64,000 nucleotides of DNA from Vicugna vicugna (Eukaryota), in contig MU058636.1 in the NCBI GenBank assembly GCA_013265495.1, positions 4,871,741 through 4,935,740 on the forward strand, read 5' to 3'. Both the position numbers and the translations under genes were made by a program. The notes under the pieces are model-generated. The model was not told the DNA's origin, made no database searches, and saw only the letters and a list, made by a program, of their open reading frames with translations. The number at the start of each line of letters is the position of its first letter. Position 1 is the stretch's first letter. Below are positions 1 to 13,729 of this stretch, one piece after another.

Positions 1-170
1 CATGTTTTACATGTATTACCTTATTTAATCTTCATAACAACCCTCTGAGGTAGATGCTATTAACACCCCCAATTTACAAGTAGAAGACAGTGAGATTTAA
101 GTATTCTCCCCAAATGTCTAGTAGGTAGTAGATGTCTCTGGCATTTAAAGTTTGTATTCTTAAATACTAT
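1..170 (-). mobile_element. MIR SINE fragment
   Basis: atttaatcttcataacaaccctctgaggtagatgctatta...cccaatttaca. Confidence 0.7.
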
Positions 171-1937
171 GTAATACTGTTTATTACATGATGATGAGTT
201 AAAGGAATTCATAGAGTTCAACATAACTATTATTACCTAACCCTGCTCGTTATCTTAAGCACAGACCAAATAAAAAAGGAGAAGCAATTTCTGTAGATGT
301 AGAATAAGTTCTAGTAGTCTGATGAATTATCATATCAAAGAAATTTCAGGCTACAAAGTAGCTAAGCCAATAAGCAATAGGGAGAAAGTAAATCTAACAA
401 AAATCCTGACATTCATAACAATAACAACAAAAGACTGCAAAAAGGGTTAACTTACCGGAAGTTCTTCCTAACTGAGATGGACAATCATTATGGACTTTAC
501 ATATATGGAAAAAGAGAAATACTGCTTTGTAAAAAAAAAAGTCTTTTCACATATCCCCCCAAAAGTCCTCTGACAACTTGAAAAGCAATGTTAAATACTA
601 AAAATAAATTACTCTCTGAAAACTATAGAAATAGAAACATATTTTTGAAGCTTGTTTAATTTTACATCTTGTCCTAAGCCTGAAATGAGATTTGTGACAT
701 CCATGCATGATCTCCTATGCACAACACCCCTATTGCCTTAGGATTTAGTGCTTTCAAAAGACACTACCTTAAAAATTCCAAAACACCAAGATAAATTTTC
801 AGAAATTATTTTTCCTACATGTTTCCTACAATTATCTTTAGACTCAACATCTGTTTTCTTATCAGAAATAAAAATGATTAAAATGAGGATTCATTACTAT
901 ACTATGCTTGAAAAAGATATTAATACCCCTTCAAACCGCAAACTTACACCTGTTTAGTAAATCCCATTAGTAGTAGGCACTATTAAGATAGCCCTGATTT
1001 GTTACAACTTCCAAGTTCTTAACATGTTTGACACACTTAAAAGTCACACTTGTTGTTTTAAAACAAATACAGTAACTACATTTTAAAATCTTTTCAAACA
1101 TAAGATTTTAAAAAATTATCATGCCCTCCAAGAACAATACATTTCCCAAACTGGTCTTATAAGTACAAATTTAAAATTTCACATACTCGAAATTGTGGAT
1201 TTAAGTCCACCATTTACGCAAATAAAAAGCAGTGACAGAAAGCACCAAAATGTGTGCATTTCTGTAGCCCTAATTTTCTAATAACAAAAACCACACACAA
1301 TTTTAGCTATTTGACAGACATCAATAACTCCATTCACTGAAAAATGGTTGATGTCCCTAGATGTTTTTAACAAATGTGTACGTCAATTTCTGCTTTCCAT
1401 GTTTTGTCACTGTAAATAAGTTACCATTGCAATACTTATATGTTAAATGACTTCAAATGTATGGGAGATATTCACTGGCTCTTTCAAACAACCCCACGTA
1501 GTTAAGCTTTTTGAGTTCTTCTATCCATACTTTATACTGTTTTTGTTTCCTCAAATGTTTTCAGGCTATCATATATATATATATATGATATATATATAGA
1601 AAGAGTATCTATATTCTTTCTGGGACCATTCCAACTTCACTACCACCAGTTACTGCTAATATTTGTGGTAGGGAAACCACTAAAATCACTTTATTGGAAT
1701 TTTGTACCAAAAAATGTAAATTGCCTCAGAGTCTTTGAAAGGTACTGCACACAGACTTGGGTGTACAGAGCATGTGACATCTACTTTGACAAATCAAAAA
1801 AACGCTTTCTTGAATCTTTTGAGATTTTAGCCATTTTCCAAAGTTCATGAAGAATGACTACCGAATGAGTGAACTGCTTCTGTATTTGCATTTGGAGTGA
1901 AAAAGCATCTAGGTTTTCTGGAACACAGTAGGTTCTC

Positions 1938-2043
1938 AATGTGTGTGTGTATGTGTGTGTATATATATATATATATGTATATATGTATATATATATGCGC
2001 GTGTATCATGTCTGTGCCCGTGTTTGTGTGTGTATATGTATGT
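1938..2043. repeat. Compound (TG)n/(TA)n microsatellite
   Basis: tgtgtgtgtgtatgtgtgtgtatatatatatatatatgtatatatg... Confidence 0.9.
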
Positions 2044-5000
2044 TTTTCAGACACAAAAGGAACCTGCAGGATGCATACCAAACTGTTAACCTTGTCTAAG
2101 AAGTAGAATGTGAAGGGCATTAGAAATAAAAAGGACTGTTACTTTTGCTTCACCTCCTTCTGTATGAATTTTAGGTCATGCTTGAAATTATTTGTATGTA
2201 TAATTTATATCCAGGTTTGTGTATCCCAAAAGCCAGTGCAGGCACAACAGATCATTTCCATACTGTGTACCTGGGATGATAGTCCTCACTGTGTACCTGT
2301 CACTCACATGTGATTGAGCTGTCATACTGAAATGCTCAGAAGGAACAGCTCCCACCTGTGAAAGCTATACACGTACCAATCACCAGTTTTCCTCCTTCAT
2401 GTCACAGCTCAGTGACATGGTTTTAAGTCATGCTTCAGAGTACACGGATAGATTTTTTACTTTCCTACTTGCAGTTCCGTTTTTGTTTCATGACATACTA
2501 CCTCTTAAAAGGACTCTAGCACACATGGTGCCAGGAAAGCTGCAGATGGGCTGGCTGTAACCCTGGACCTCACCAGTTACTTTATTTTTCCCTTTAATAT
2601 TATATTCCAAAGGAGAAATGTTTAATCTGTAGTGGGTTCAAGTCTATGGCAATAAATATGACTCTTCTGTAGACTTCTGGCTTTTGTTGTTGTTGTTTTT
2701 GTTAAGAGATGTTCACAACACATTTTCTGGCTGATTTCCAGGCAGCATAGAGCCTGACTTCTTAGATTCAGTTTTCACTTCTCTATCCTGTGCCTTGTTG
2801 TGTTGCACAGTAGAATTGTGTTAACTTTAAGTTGTGTAAAAGTGATGAAAACTTTACCTATGTACATTACATTCATGTTTTAAATTGGCACATGATCTTG
2901 GCCTTCCTTAGGCTTTTATCGTCAGCTAATATCCCCACTATCATTCAATAAAATAATTTACAAAGAACTCAGGATGCTGAGCACTGCTGAGTTGGGCAAG
3001 TGCCCCATCCCTACCCCCAAGAGTCTCTTGTCAAGGTTTCTTATTAAATGTTAAATGTAGTCAAGCAAGTGCTAAAACTGAGCCTGTCTTCAATCAAGCT
3101 ATATGCTATTTTTGATATATAAATTAAGCAGGACGTCAACTTTCATATAACTGCCTTAGAATCTGCATGAATTTTTCTGGGTAGCCAATATGCAACTGGC
3201 AAAGATTCGGACTTACTGATAAACTACTGAAATACTACAAGCTAGTATTATTCACCATAAATACTTACTGGGAAGACTTTGGGTCTAGGAAAGAAATGCT
3301 GGATCCAGGAATGCTGGATGCTAGTTCTGGTTTTTCCACTGAATATAGGTGTAAGCTATTTAACTTTCTTGGACCATAATTTCCTCATTTATAAAACACG
3401 AGATTTGAGCTGGATATCCCATAAATCCCTTTCAGGCTAACACCTCATTTTTTAACATGTTAAATACTCTACCAATATGTTTAATATTTTTTGCAGAATA
3501 TATAGAGTATGCCATAATAGAATCTCATTAATATTCACAGTATCCATGAGACAACAAACATGTATTTATCTTTACATGTAATATTGAGTCATGAACTGGG
3601 ACAGCAACTTGCAAAGGGTCACAAACCTGTACTAGAATGAGAACAATGATTCTGATTTCTAGATTATGACTGTAGTATTTTATTCACTATACTATCTTTG
3701 TAGCTGATTTGTTACACTTAAAAGTAATGTGTTTTAACCGGTCTCATCCCCAGTCAGCCAACTCTAGTAAACTTGAACCTAATCTGCTCAATTTCTTACT
3801 ACTTAAGTCTCCACAGCATCCTCTTTCTCCTTCAATTCTATCATAATAATTATCAATGATACTTTGTTTTCTACATACATGTCTTAGGTTTCCAGGTACA
3901 GCCTCATCTTTTGCATAATTTCTATTAATTTTCTATATAAATGTCAACTACATATAGAAAAATGTGTAACAATCAACTCTACATTCATCAATATATTGGC
4001 TTGGAGCTTGCACCTTTATACATATCCATTACAGCAAAGTATCAAGCGGTTGAAAAGGATGCCAGAGATTCTTTGTACTGTTTGCTACAGTGGTTTTGGA
4101 ACTTCCTCTCTAGCTTTTCTCACTTTCCCTTCTGGGACTCCCAAGCTCTTTATCCTTGAAATCAATGAATGAAATTGGTTTACCAAGTTCTCCAAAGATG
4201 TTGGCTTGAATGCCTCTTCTGCATTTTTCCACTCCTGGCTTCCCTGCGCAGAATATCCAGCCTTTGCTGTGGTCTCCAAGACCAAAGACCTATCACTAAC
4301 CTGTCTGACCAGAACCTCAACCAATTCCATTTGCTCCCACCTCCCTGCACAAGCTTTCAGAATTGTCCCTAAAACCAGTAGCCACAGAGACATATCTACT
4401 GTTAATTCAACATGTAGAAGTGAGACCATGCTCTACCCCTTGAATCTAAGAAAGCGGGGGTGAGGGTACAATTCTAACCTCCAATCAAATCCAGCAAATA
4501 GTAGAAGTGAGAGAGGTGCTACTGATCTGATACTAGGTACTCTCATGTCACAGTCTCTCTGAGAGTCTACCTATCCCAGAGAAGAATTAAGAGAAAACTG
4601 GAGAAACCGCACCATTTCTTTATGCTTGTAAAAACTGATATGGATACAGGAGTCTGTGATTCTCAGACCTCAAAAGGCTAAAATAATCAGTACGCTTTTG
4701 TGGCCAGTTTGTTAAAATACTTAAATTCTTCTATCATTTAACATACGAGCTCCCTCCTAATTCACAGCTCAGCTCCTTCTCCAGCCCTCTACCCTCACTG
4801 ACCATCAACTATCAGGTTAAGGACTGGCACCCAAAAGGACCCAAAGGTTTCTTTTCTAGCACAGTAACCGTCTCAATTATGACCAGTTGGTGCCCATGTG
4901 ACTAACCACCCCCCCTCCCTCCGCCATCATGCCTCTTGGACATTGCCACTGGCTCCCTTTAGGGACTCCCAAGGACTAGCCTGTGCTTTTTTCTGCCTTT

Positions 5001-7254
5001 CCTACCCATTCCTGGGGAAACTCAAATGGGTCTTGACAAGGAATAGACCTGGCACTAGCCACCTTAGCCATCAGCCAGCCAGTCTCTGTTTCTTCATGTC
5101 CCTTCTGCCAGAGCTCACCTGGAACACAGTGGGAGATGAGGTTCAGTGGTCGGGCAATGGCACTCCAGAAAACATTTGGTGCCCTTTTGGCCCCTTGACC
5201 AAAAGGCTGTGACCACTCACCATTCATTCCCCAGAGCTGCTTTCATGTGGTTACTTGTGGGAAATGCAGCTTCTCCAGGATTTTGACTGAGACAGCTAGG
5301 AAGACAGCACATGTGCCAGCTGGCTGACTGGCCTACCATATCAACAAATAAAGAACTTGAATATTATCTCTACAAAAAGATACATGCAACCAAGCTATCT
5401 CTGCTTTTTGACTTCTCTTCTGACATATCTGCAACTCAGCACTTATGAGGAAGACAAAGATACTTGCTGACTGTGCCAAAGTGGTAGGTTAGTAGCTGAT
5501 GTGCCATCAAATTCCCAATTCTGACCGCATATTCAGCAGCCATCTTGCAATGACCCCTCAACTTAGAGTGCATTTCAAAGGACAACAACTTCTGAATTTA
5601 TCAATTACCTTAAGAATATGGATTCTAATCCAAGACTTGCCCAAGAGTTGGAGGGGCCAGCCCAGGTTAAGGTAAGCAGGTTTAGGTAGGGGTGTGGTGA
5701 TGAGTCCATACAAATGGAAATGGATTTGTGCTTATTATAGACAAACAAGTCCTTTTCAATCAAGAAAAAGAGGAGCTTGACTAAATAACATACTTTGTGA
5801 CCTCACATCCTTGTTGGAGAGTACCCACTTCCAGAGCGCAGTTCAAGTCCTCCAGAATACAGAAAGGCAACTGAGTTCAGGAGTTCCTTATGTTTCCTTG
5901 ATAAATTCTGGAGCTTTGAGTAGGGGAACAAAAACAAAAACAGAAAAACAAGGAATGCTGGCTGTACTTGGATAGGGGTAGCTTCATGCATTAACTGTAT
6001 AGAAGGGCTAACCATTCCACTCATCTTTAATTTTCCTCAATTCAGAGAGGTTCCCTTGCTCCAAAGTTTTTAGTTTCTTATAATCTACATATTGGACAGC
6101 TAAAATGACCCAGCTGATCTGTCACATGATCTGAAAAATGAAGTAACAACAAAGGTCACTCTATCCTGAGAGATATTTCACCCAATCCTTTGTAACCATC
6201 TGTTCAACACTGAAACTAAAACAAATAAATCAAATAATCAAATTCTATCAATCAAGAAAGAGATGGTTAAACATAACTTATGCTTCACCAAGGTCAGGGC
6301 CACTGGAGAATGGCTCCCAAAGAGCAGAATGCAAGGGGAGAAATGGCAGAGACTACTTTATTAGAGTGGCCAAGGGCACTTATCAGTAGAATAAGCCCCA
6401 TTAATAAACTTTATACCTCTGCCAAACCACTGCCTGCTTAGGCTACTCCAGGCCACTATTCAACGAGCACCACAAAATGTTTGATGGCCTTTCAACTGAC
6501 TAAGATGTCCACAGATATTTCCTTCTATTACTACTCTTACTGTTAAATATGTTCAATTCCAAACAATGCTACTCAAAAGTGTTACTGTTACTGATGCCAG
6601 ACCATGAGTAGCAACCAGTCTGTGACAAGAGTACAGAAACTAAGTAACTTTTATAGTAATCTGAGAGTAATTTTTATATCTGCTTAATTTAATTATAAAA
6701 TATTTGACTTAGATTAAAATTTTTCTAGTAATTTACTTTTTAAAAATTATGCTTTCCTAAAGTATCAGACTGCAGTGGATTGGAAAAATTTTTTAAACTT
6801 ATCTTTCACCACAAGTTAGAAAAACATCTATCTAAAACAAATGCAATTATGTTGTATTTCTGCTAAAATCTCTTCACTAATTCCCATTGTCTGCAAGATA
6901 GTCTTAGTTCATTAACATCATGTTTTCAGATTCTCCTTGATCTAGCCCCTTCTGTACAGTAGAGCTTCCCAATCAGCTGCTTGGCAACGCCTTAAATGGG
7001 TGATAGATAAGATTACTAACTAAATGGAGCCTGCGGCAGGTGGAGTTCCCAAGCCCCAGAACTAGAAGCCTTGGGAGGAGCTGCCCAGTCCACTTAATCC
7101 AACAAATCCTACAAACTTTGTTTTCCATATGTATCATAATATGGAAAAGGTTGAGAAGTGCTGATGCCTGGAATTAACTCCCACTACATTATACACCAAA
7201 TTTTATGCTCCAACAACACTGAAAAGCCTGCTCTCCCACCCATACCCAAATTTG

Positions 7255-8262
7255 TATTTCCAACCCAGACCTCTCCCATGAACTCTATCTAAAACACACT
7301 ACATACTTTACATCTCCACTCAGATGTCCAGAAGGCACTTCAAACTTAACATGTCCAAAACTAAACACCTGTTTTCCTTTCCAAATGTGCTCCTCCTACA
7401 GTACATTATATCTTAGCAAACTGTAACTCCATCTTTCTCATACTCACTCGTCATTTGATCTATTCAGCAAATCCTGTCAGCTCGATTCAACGGACTCTCA
7501 CTACCTCCACGTTTCCCCACCTCCCTCCACCAGTTGAGGTCACAATCATCTCTCACTTGGATTATTCCAAGAGCCATCTAATTAATCCCTACTTCCACTC
7601 CTGTCTCTCTAAAAGTGATTCTCAAGACAGCAGCCAGAATTGGCTTGTGTGACTTAAAACACAAGTCAGATCATGTCATCCCTTGCTCAAAACTCTCCAA
7701 CAGTTTCCCATTTCAAGAAGAGTAGAGGACTATATTCCTTCAATAATTTACAAGGCCCAAATTGTCTTATTCCTTCTTCCTCTTTGACTCTCTCTTCTTC
7801 TTTGCCCTTTGCCCACTTAGCGCCAGGCAAACCGACCTCCTTCTGTTCCTTAACCACACCAAGCAGTCTCATCTCATCAGGGCCTTCACTTGTAGGATCC
7901 TCTGTCTGAAATGCTCTTTTCTCACTCCTCTCTTTGCTAATTCACACTCACTTTCTTCAAGTCTCTGCTCAAATGTTACCTCATCAGTTAGGCCTTTATT
8001 GATCATTCCAGATAAAATAGTACCCATTTCCCCAAGCCCTGCCCTCCCTGTCCCATTCATGATGCTTCAAGTTTCTCCATAGTACTTACCATATGAATAC
8101 TAGATATTTGTGTATTGGTTTACAGTTTGCTTCTCTACACTGACTCCAAGAGGGCAAAGGTTTTGTCTGTTTTGCTCACTGTTCTACCTCTATCGCCTAG
8201 AACAATGCCTGGCACACAGTAGGCACTCATGAAACACTGTTGAATAAATAGATGCATGAATA
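7255..8262 (+). mobile_element. L2 3' fragment
   Basis: cttcaaacttaacatgtccaaaactaaac...tctctgctcaaatgttacctc...cctagaacaatgcctggcacacagtaggcactca...gttgaataaatagatgcatgaa. Confidence 0.85.
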
Positions 8263-8867
8263 AACGCATTACTGTTTCCTGCCTCTGAGTCTTTACTCAG
8301 TTGCTACTGCCTACAGGCCTTTTCCCTATAATATTTTTCCCCTTGATAAATCCCACTTTTAGACTAGGCTTAGGCATCAACTCCTCCAGAAAGCCTTCCC
8401 TGAACCTAGCCTTCCACATTTCACTGACTACCAATCTATTAAATGAATGGTGGAAAAGCAACTTCACGGCTACACAGTCACACAGAAAAAATTTTACTAC
8501 CCCTTCTCACTACTGGTTCGTATTTCTCAACCATATTCCCCCAATCAGAAAACACCATTTCATGCCTAGTAATTACAGCTTCCACCTGCTCTTTTCCCAC
8601 TGCACTGAGTACTTATACTATGTAGCTGCAGAGACTGTCCCAAGAGTCAAGATACACCTGATGTACTTAGGAAGAACATAAATCGTTCTGATGTGCACCA
8701 GACAAGACAATTCAGAGAGGAAACACTATTTGTTTTCCATACTTTTCATGGACTTATGACTGCCAAATGTTAAAAGGCTTTCTCCTGGGCCTATTCACAG
8801 TCAGTCCCACCACGTCTCAATTCCAATTTATACCCCTCAAGTATTTCACACTATTCTTGGTCTCCAA

Positions 8868-9456
8868 TGTGGGTTCCGACGGCAGAAGGCCCACCCTGCC
8901 CACCGAGATGGAATGAATTACTCGAGACTCTGTGGAAAGTCAAGAGAGCAAGAGGAAGTCGGGAGCCAACTCTACAAGCCTCTCAAATGCTCCCACATTA
9001 ACTGTGTATAATCAAAGGAAAAATCATTAACAACTGTGTGATGGAATGCAGGAATTTAGGGAAAGAGAGGATGGGATCCAGATTGTAGAAGTCACAATGA
9101 GTACAAAGGCTTTATCTTTAGGGAAGTCATGGGGAGAGGGGAACAAGATACATTCTTATAGATATGTTAAAGCAGACCACCAGACCAGCCTGTTCCCTGT
9201 TTGGGGTAAGACTAACAGCAGGTACACCCAGCGTTTATAGCTGAGGGCCTGGGTCCTTGCTTGCAATGAGCAGTGCTATCTAAAACCTCAACTATGCAAG
9301 CAAGCCATTGTCTCTGCTTTTTACGGCAAGAAGACAGGAGTGCAGACCGTACAAGCGCCTGCTTGCGAAGCAGTTACTGAGCACATTTGTTCTTCTTAAA
9401 GGAGACAAGCGGCTGGGGTCTCTTACAATTTGTTAACCCAATCATAGGCTCCCACA
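8868..9456 (-). mobile_element. Endogenous retrovirus solo LTR (589 bp), probably class II/ERVK-like; strand tentative
   Basis: Termini TGTGGG...CCCACA are flanked by a perfect 6-bp direct repeat CTCCAA (8862-8867 and 9457-9462). It retains more CpGs than its flanks. Confidence 0.8.
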
Positions 9457-11592
9457 CTCCAAGAACTCCAATCCTCTATTTTATAATTTGGCCAAGCACT
9501 GACAACTTGAGATAAAGAGTCACAGTAAATTGTGGGAATCTTCTAAGCCTACTGGCCCCTCCCAATCCCACCTCCCCCACCCTACCCCCCATCAACCTCA
9601 ATACCTTTTAAGAATAATCAAGATAAAGCTCTTGATCAAGGTAGGAAAGGCAGACAGGAAGCTTCTAGTCCAATATTGTATCTTAAAATCAGTCTATCCC
9701 CCACCAAAAATAATACAGTTTAACCACCAGTAAAGCAAGCATGCAGTATTTCAACACCATTCACGGCAATGACCAACTATCATCCTTGTATGCACCCAAC
9801 CTTACTTAATCAGTTCGATTTCAGTTTCTGGCCCCCGACTGTCTCCCGGTTTACTGTGCTTTTGCTTTAAACTTGTTCACTGAATTTACTGTTTCCTCAG
9901 CCTAATTTCTGGTGTTTTCTGAGACTTTTAGTGAAGACCTACTATGGCTCTTTTTACTGCCTTGGCAAGATGCTCACTAAACTCAGTCCTAGAGATGTAC
10001 CATGGGCTCCATGGCTGCAGCAGATCTAACCTCAGCTCCTATAAAGGGAGAATTCATATGGTCAAACATACATCTCTTGAATGTTCCACATTATTTCCAC
10101 ACCATAGTAATTTATCAACACCTTGTTTTATCAAGTCTCAACGGCCAATTATTTAACCAATTAAAATCTGATAGCGCTTTTCTTCTGATTTCCTTTCTCC
10201 ATTGAATGCGATCTATACTGCCTCCTGATAATCTCATTTTTCTATAGGTAAATTGTTTCTAAATACAATAATTTCTTCTACTTCCTTGAGGAAGAAATAA
10301 TCTAAGAAGGGAGTCAAAAAGAATGTTATGTTATTGAAAATTTAAATACTATCATTTAAAGCAATAAACAGATGAGATACTAGCAATTGTATCTTAAAAT
10401 ACTAGACTGCTTCTCTGACCCTTCAATATATACCTTCTTCCCCTTTGTCTACTGAATCTTGTGACAACTCTATCATTTCCCTAACTGTATCATAAAAATA
10501 GAAAGCTGACATCCACTCAAACTGATGTTCCCATCTTGAATGACTCATTTCATAAAAGCCCAGGCTGCAATTAACTGATAGTTTTATGTAACTACAGGTA
10601 GGCTGACGATACACTATCACATGAACATTACACAGGTCATGATAAAGAAACAAGAGGAAAAACATATCTATGAAAACCAAAGGTGGTGGGGAAAGGCTCT
10701 CTTACTTTCATTATGCTTGACATTAGAAAATTTCTTTTAAAGAAATGGGTTTATGATGTCTGGCCAATACATTTTTCTTTGAAACTAATCATATCAAATT
10801 TGTCAGTAAAAATGAGAATGTTAAATTGACTGGGTCATATCAACAGTCCATGTAACAAGGGTGAAAAACAGTGCCACTATTCATGACAAAAAGGCACATC
10901 ATCACAAATTGTGTTAAGGTAGTCCACAGCTTAATTCCTGACTGCCTATGCTAATGAGGACTATAAGTACCTGATTAATTTAATAACCAGAAAAATCAAA
11001 ATTTATCCTTCTAGATCTCTCCTAGCATTTCTAACTAGTATAAAAGTCAGTTGGTTTGCTTACTTCTCTGCCCATCCATAGTGTATAAAGAGGTGAAATC
11101 ATCAAAAGGCAAATAAAATCACAGAATTTCAAGGCTAACACAAGAGCTATTTCAGATGAAACACTAACATACTCATCTCATTTAATCTATCCAGTAATTC
11201 TATGCTATAGATTGAGAAAGTATTCTCTTCATTTATTTATGAGGAAAATTTTCAGCAAATTAAGTGACTTGTCCATGATGTAGTCAGAACTGCAACTTAT
11301 CTTCAAATTCTGTAATTTAAAATTCTGTGCACTAAAAGTAGAGGATTCTGCTCTTCAGAACAATCCCTGAGGTATCTCAAAGGTATAGTCTGAAACACAG
11401 AACTCGGTCGCACTATGAACATCTCGTGTCAGGCAACCCTTTATATACTTAATGAGAAACACATTCCATTTTCTGAAAGTTTTGAATTAAATTAAAAATT
11501 AAGAACCACTGATCCAGTCAAATGCCCTCATTGTACACATGAAGGACCTGCAGAATAGAGAAGTGCCTCTCAACTAGCTAGTGTAACAGCTG

Positions 11593-13535
11593 TGTACTAG
11601 TTTGCTAGGGCTGTGACAAAGCACAGATGGGGCGGTTTAAATAACAGACATTTATTTTCTCATAATTTCAGAGGTTAAAAGTCTGAGATCAAGGTGTCCA
11701 AGGGGTTGGTTTCTTCTAAGGCCTCTCTCCTTGGCTGGTAGATGGCCTTCTTCCTCCAGTGTCTTCACAGATCTTCCCTTAGTGTACGTTATTAATTAAT
11801 ATTCTTCTCATGTGCAAAATACATTTACCACATTCCAGAAGCCCCCAACATCTTAACTCATTCTAGCATCACCTCTAAGTCCCAAATTTCATCTAAATAT
11901 CATTTAAACCAGGTATGTAGACTTGACATATGATTCATCCTGAGGCAAAATTCCTCTCCAGCTGTGAACCTGCGATTCTAGACAACTCATTGCTTTCAAA
12001 AATAACAGTGGGACAGGCATAGGATAGACATTCCCATTCCAAAAGGGAAAAATCAGAAAGGGATGATGGGTCCCAAGCAAGTCTAAAACCAAGTAAGGCT
12101 AAGTTCATTAGATTTTAAGGCTGAAGAATAATCTTTAATTATAAATAAAGACTAATCTTTGGCTGCACACTGTTCTGCAGGCCTACTGGGCTGGTGGCCC
12201 TGCCTTCCAGGCCCACCAAAGTGGTAGCCCCACCCCCTTGGGGCTCTGATCCCATGGTGGCAATGGTAGCTCTGCCAATCTCTGAACTGCTTTCAAGATC
12301 ATTCTACTCTTTTCATGAAGGACAACACACACTCACAGCTAGATCACCACAGATAGCTCTACTGATTTGTCTTGTAGAAATCTGACAGCCTCCCTTCATT
12401 TCATCCTGTCTCTGTCCCATTCAGTCCAAGCTGGCAATGTTTCTGCTGGCATAACCCCATCTCTGGTCCTGCTGAGATAGCTTAATGGACCACTAAGTCA
12501 CATGCCCATATTCCCTTTAGCAAATGGTTGTCCAGCAACAACCCTGATGTTGTTTCCAGAACACACTTCCTAATTTTTCACAATATGCATAGGCAGAGAA
12601 TTTTCCAAATCTTCAAGTTTTTGGTTCCATTTTGCTTAACAATTTTTCCTTCAATTTATCTGTCCTCTTGCATTTTACCATAAGGAGCAAGGAGAAACCA
12701 GGCTATGCCTTTCACACTTTGCTTAGAAATCTCAGTTAAATGTCCAAGTTCATCACTTACCAGTTCTGTTTTCCACAAACACCTGGAAGAAAATTTAGCC
12801 AAGCTTTTTGCCAGTTTATAACAAGATCATCTTTCCTTCAGTTTCCAGTAACGTGTTCCTCATTTCCATCTGAGACCTTACCAGAAGCACCCTTTTAATA
12901 TTTCTACCAACACTCTGTTGATGATCACATGTCTATCCCTAAGATGACAGAAGCCTTCTCAACAGATCTTTTCTTCCAGAGCCTTCACCAGAATCACTTT
13001 TAACATCCGTATCTCTACATACAATCTCTGAAGGCAACCTTGGCTTTTTCTAATGTAAAGCTCAAAACTCTTCCAGCATCTACCATACTCAGTTCTAAAG
13101 CCACGTCTACATTTTTAGGTATTTTGTTAGAGCAGCATCTTGTTCCCCAATACCAAAAATCTGCATTAGTTTTTCAAAGCTACAAGATACCACAGTCTGG
13201 GTGGCTTAAACAACAGAAATTAACTTTCTCACAATTCTGGAGAAGTCCGAGATCAAGGTGTCAGCAGGGTAGGTTTCTTCAAAAGCTTCTCTCCTTGCTT
13301 GTAGATGGCTGTCTTCTTCCAATGTTATCACAAAGTCTTCCCGTTTGGTGTGTCTGCATTCTAATCTCTTCTTATAAGAACACCAATCACTGAATTAGGG
13401 CCCAATCATATGACCTCATTTTACCTTAATTACCTCTTTAAAGGCCCTATATCCAAAAAATAGTCATATCTTAAGTACTGAGGATTAGGACTTCAACACA
13501 TGAAGTTTTAAGGGGACAAAATTCAGCCTATAACA
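11593..13535 (-). mobile_element. MaLR provirus (MLT1A-like): partial LTR about 11593-11790, internal region, LTR about 13161-13535
   Basis: Two similar LTR copies share the motif ...gagatcaaggtgtc...gggtt/taggtttcttc.... TG...CA ends, with 5-bp TSD AGCTG at 11588-11592 and 13536-13540. Confidence 0.85.
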
Positions 13536-13729
13536 AGCTGAAACTAGTCATATTCGCTTACTGTATGAATACTGAATAATATTCTTTCTCAGTCATTGTG
13601 CTGACCATAAAACCGGTACCTCTGACATATGGTGCTTAAAAATAAAGAGGGGGGGAATAATTATATACAAATTAATAAAGCACACAAGAGCATATAACGT
13701 ATTTTGGACCTCAGCAAACCTATGTCCAA

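Noticed and set aside
1845..2120. ORFs with HIYIHIY / CVCMCV repeats (similar ones at 32124-32399 and 62338-62703)
   Set aside because: Translations of (TG)n/(TA)n microsatellites.
4085..6040. GC-richer segment with several 67-114 aa ORFs
   Set aside because: No recognisable protein or splice structure. It is probably old repeat-derived sequence that I cannot classify.
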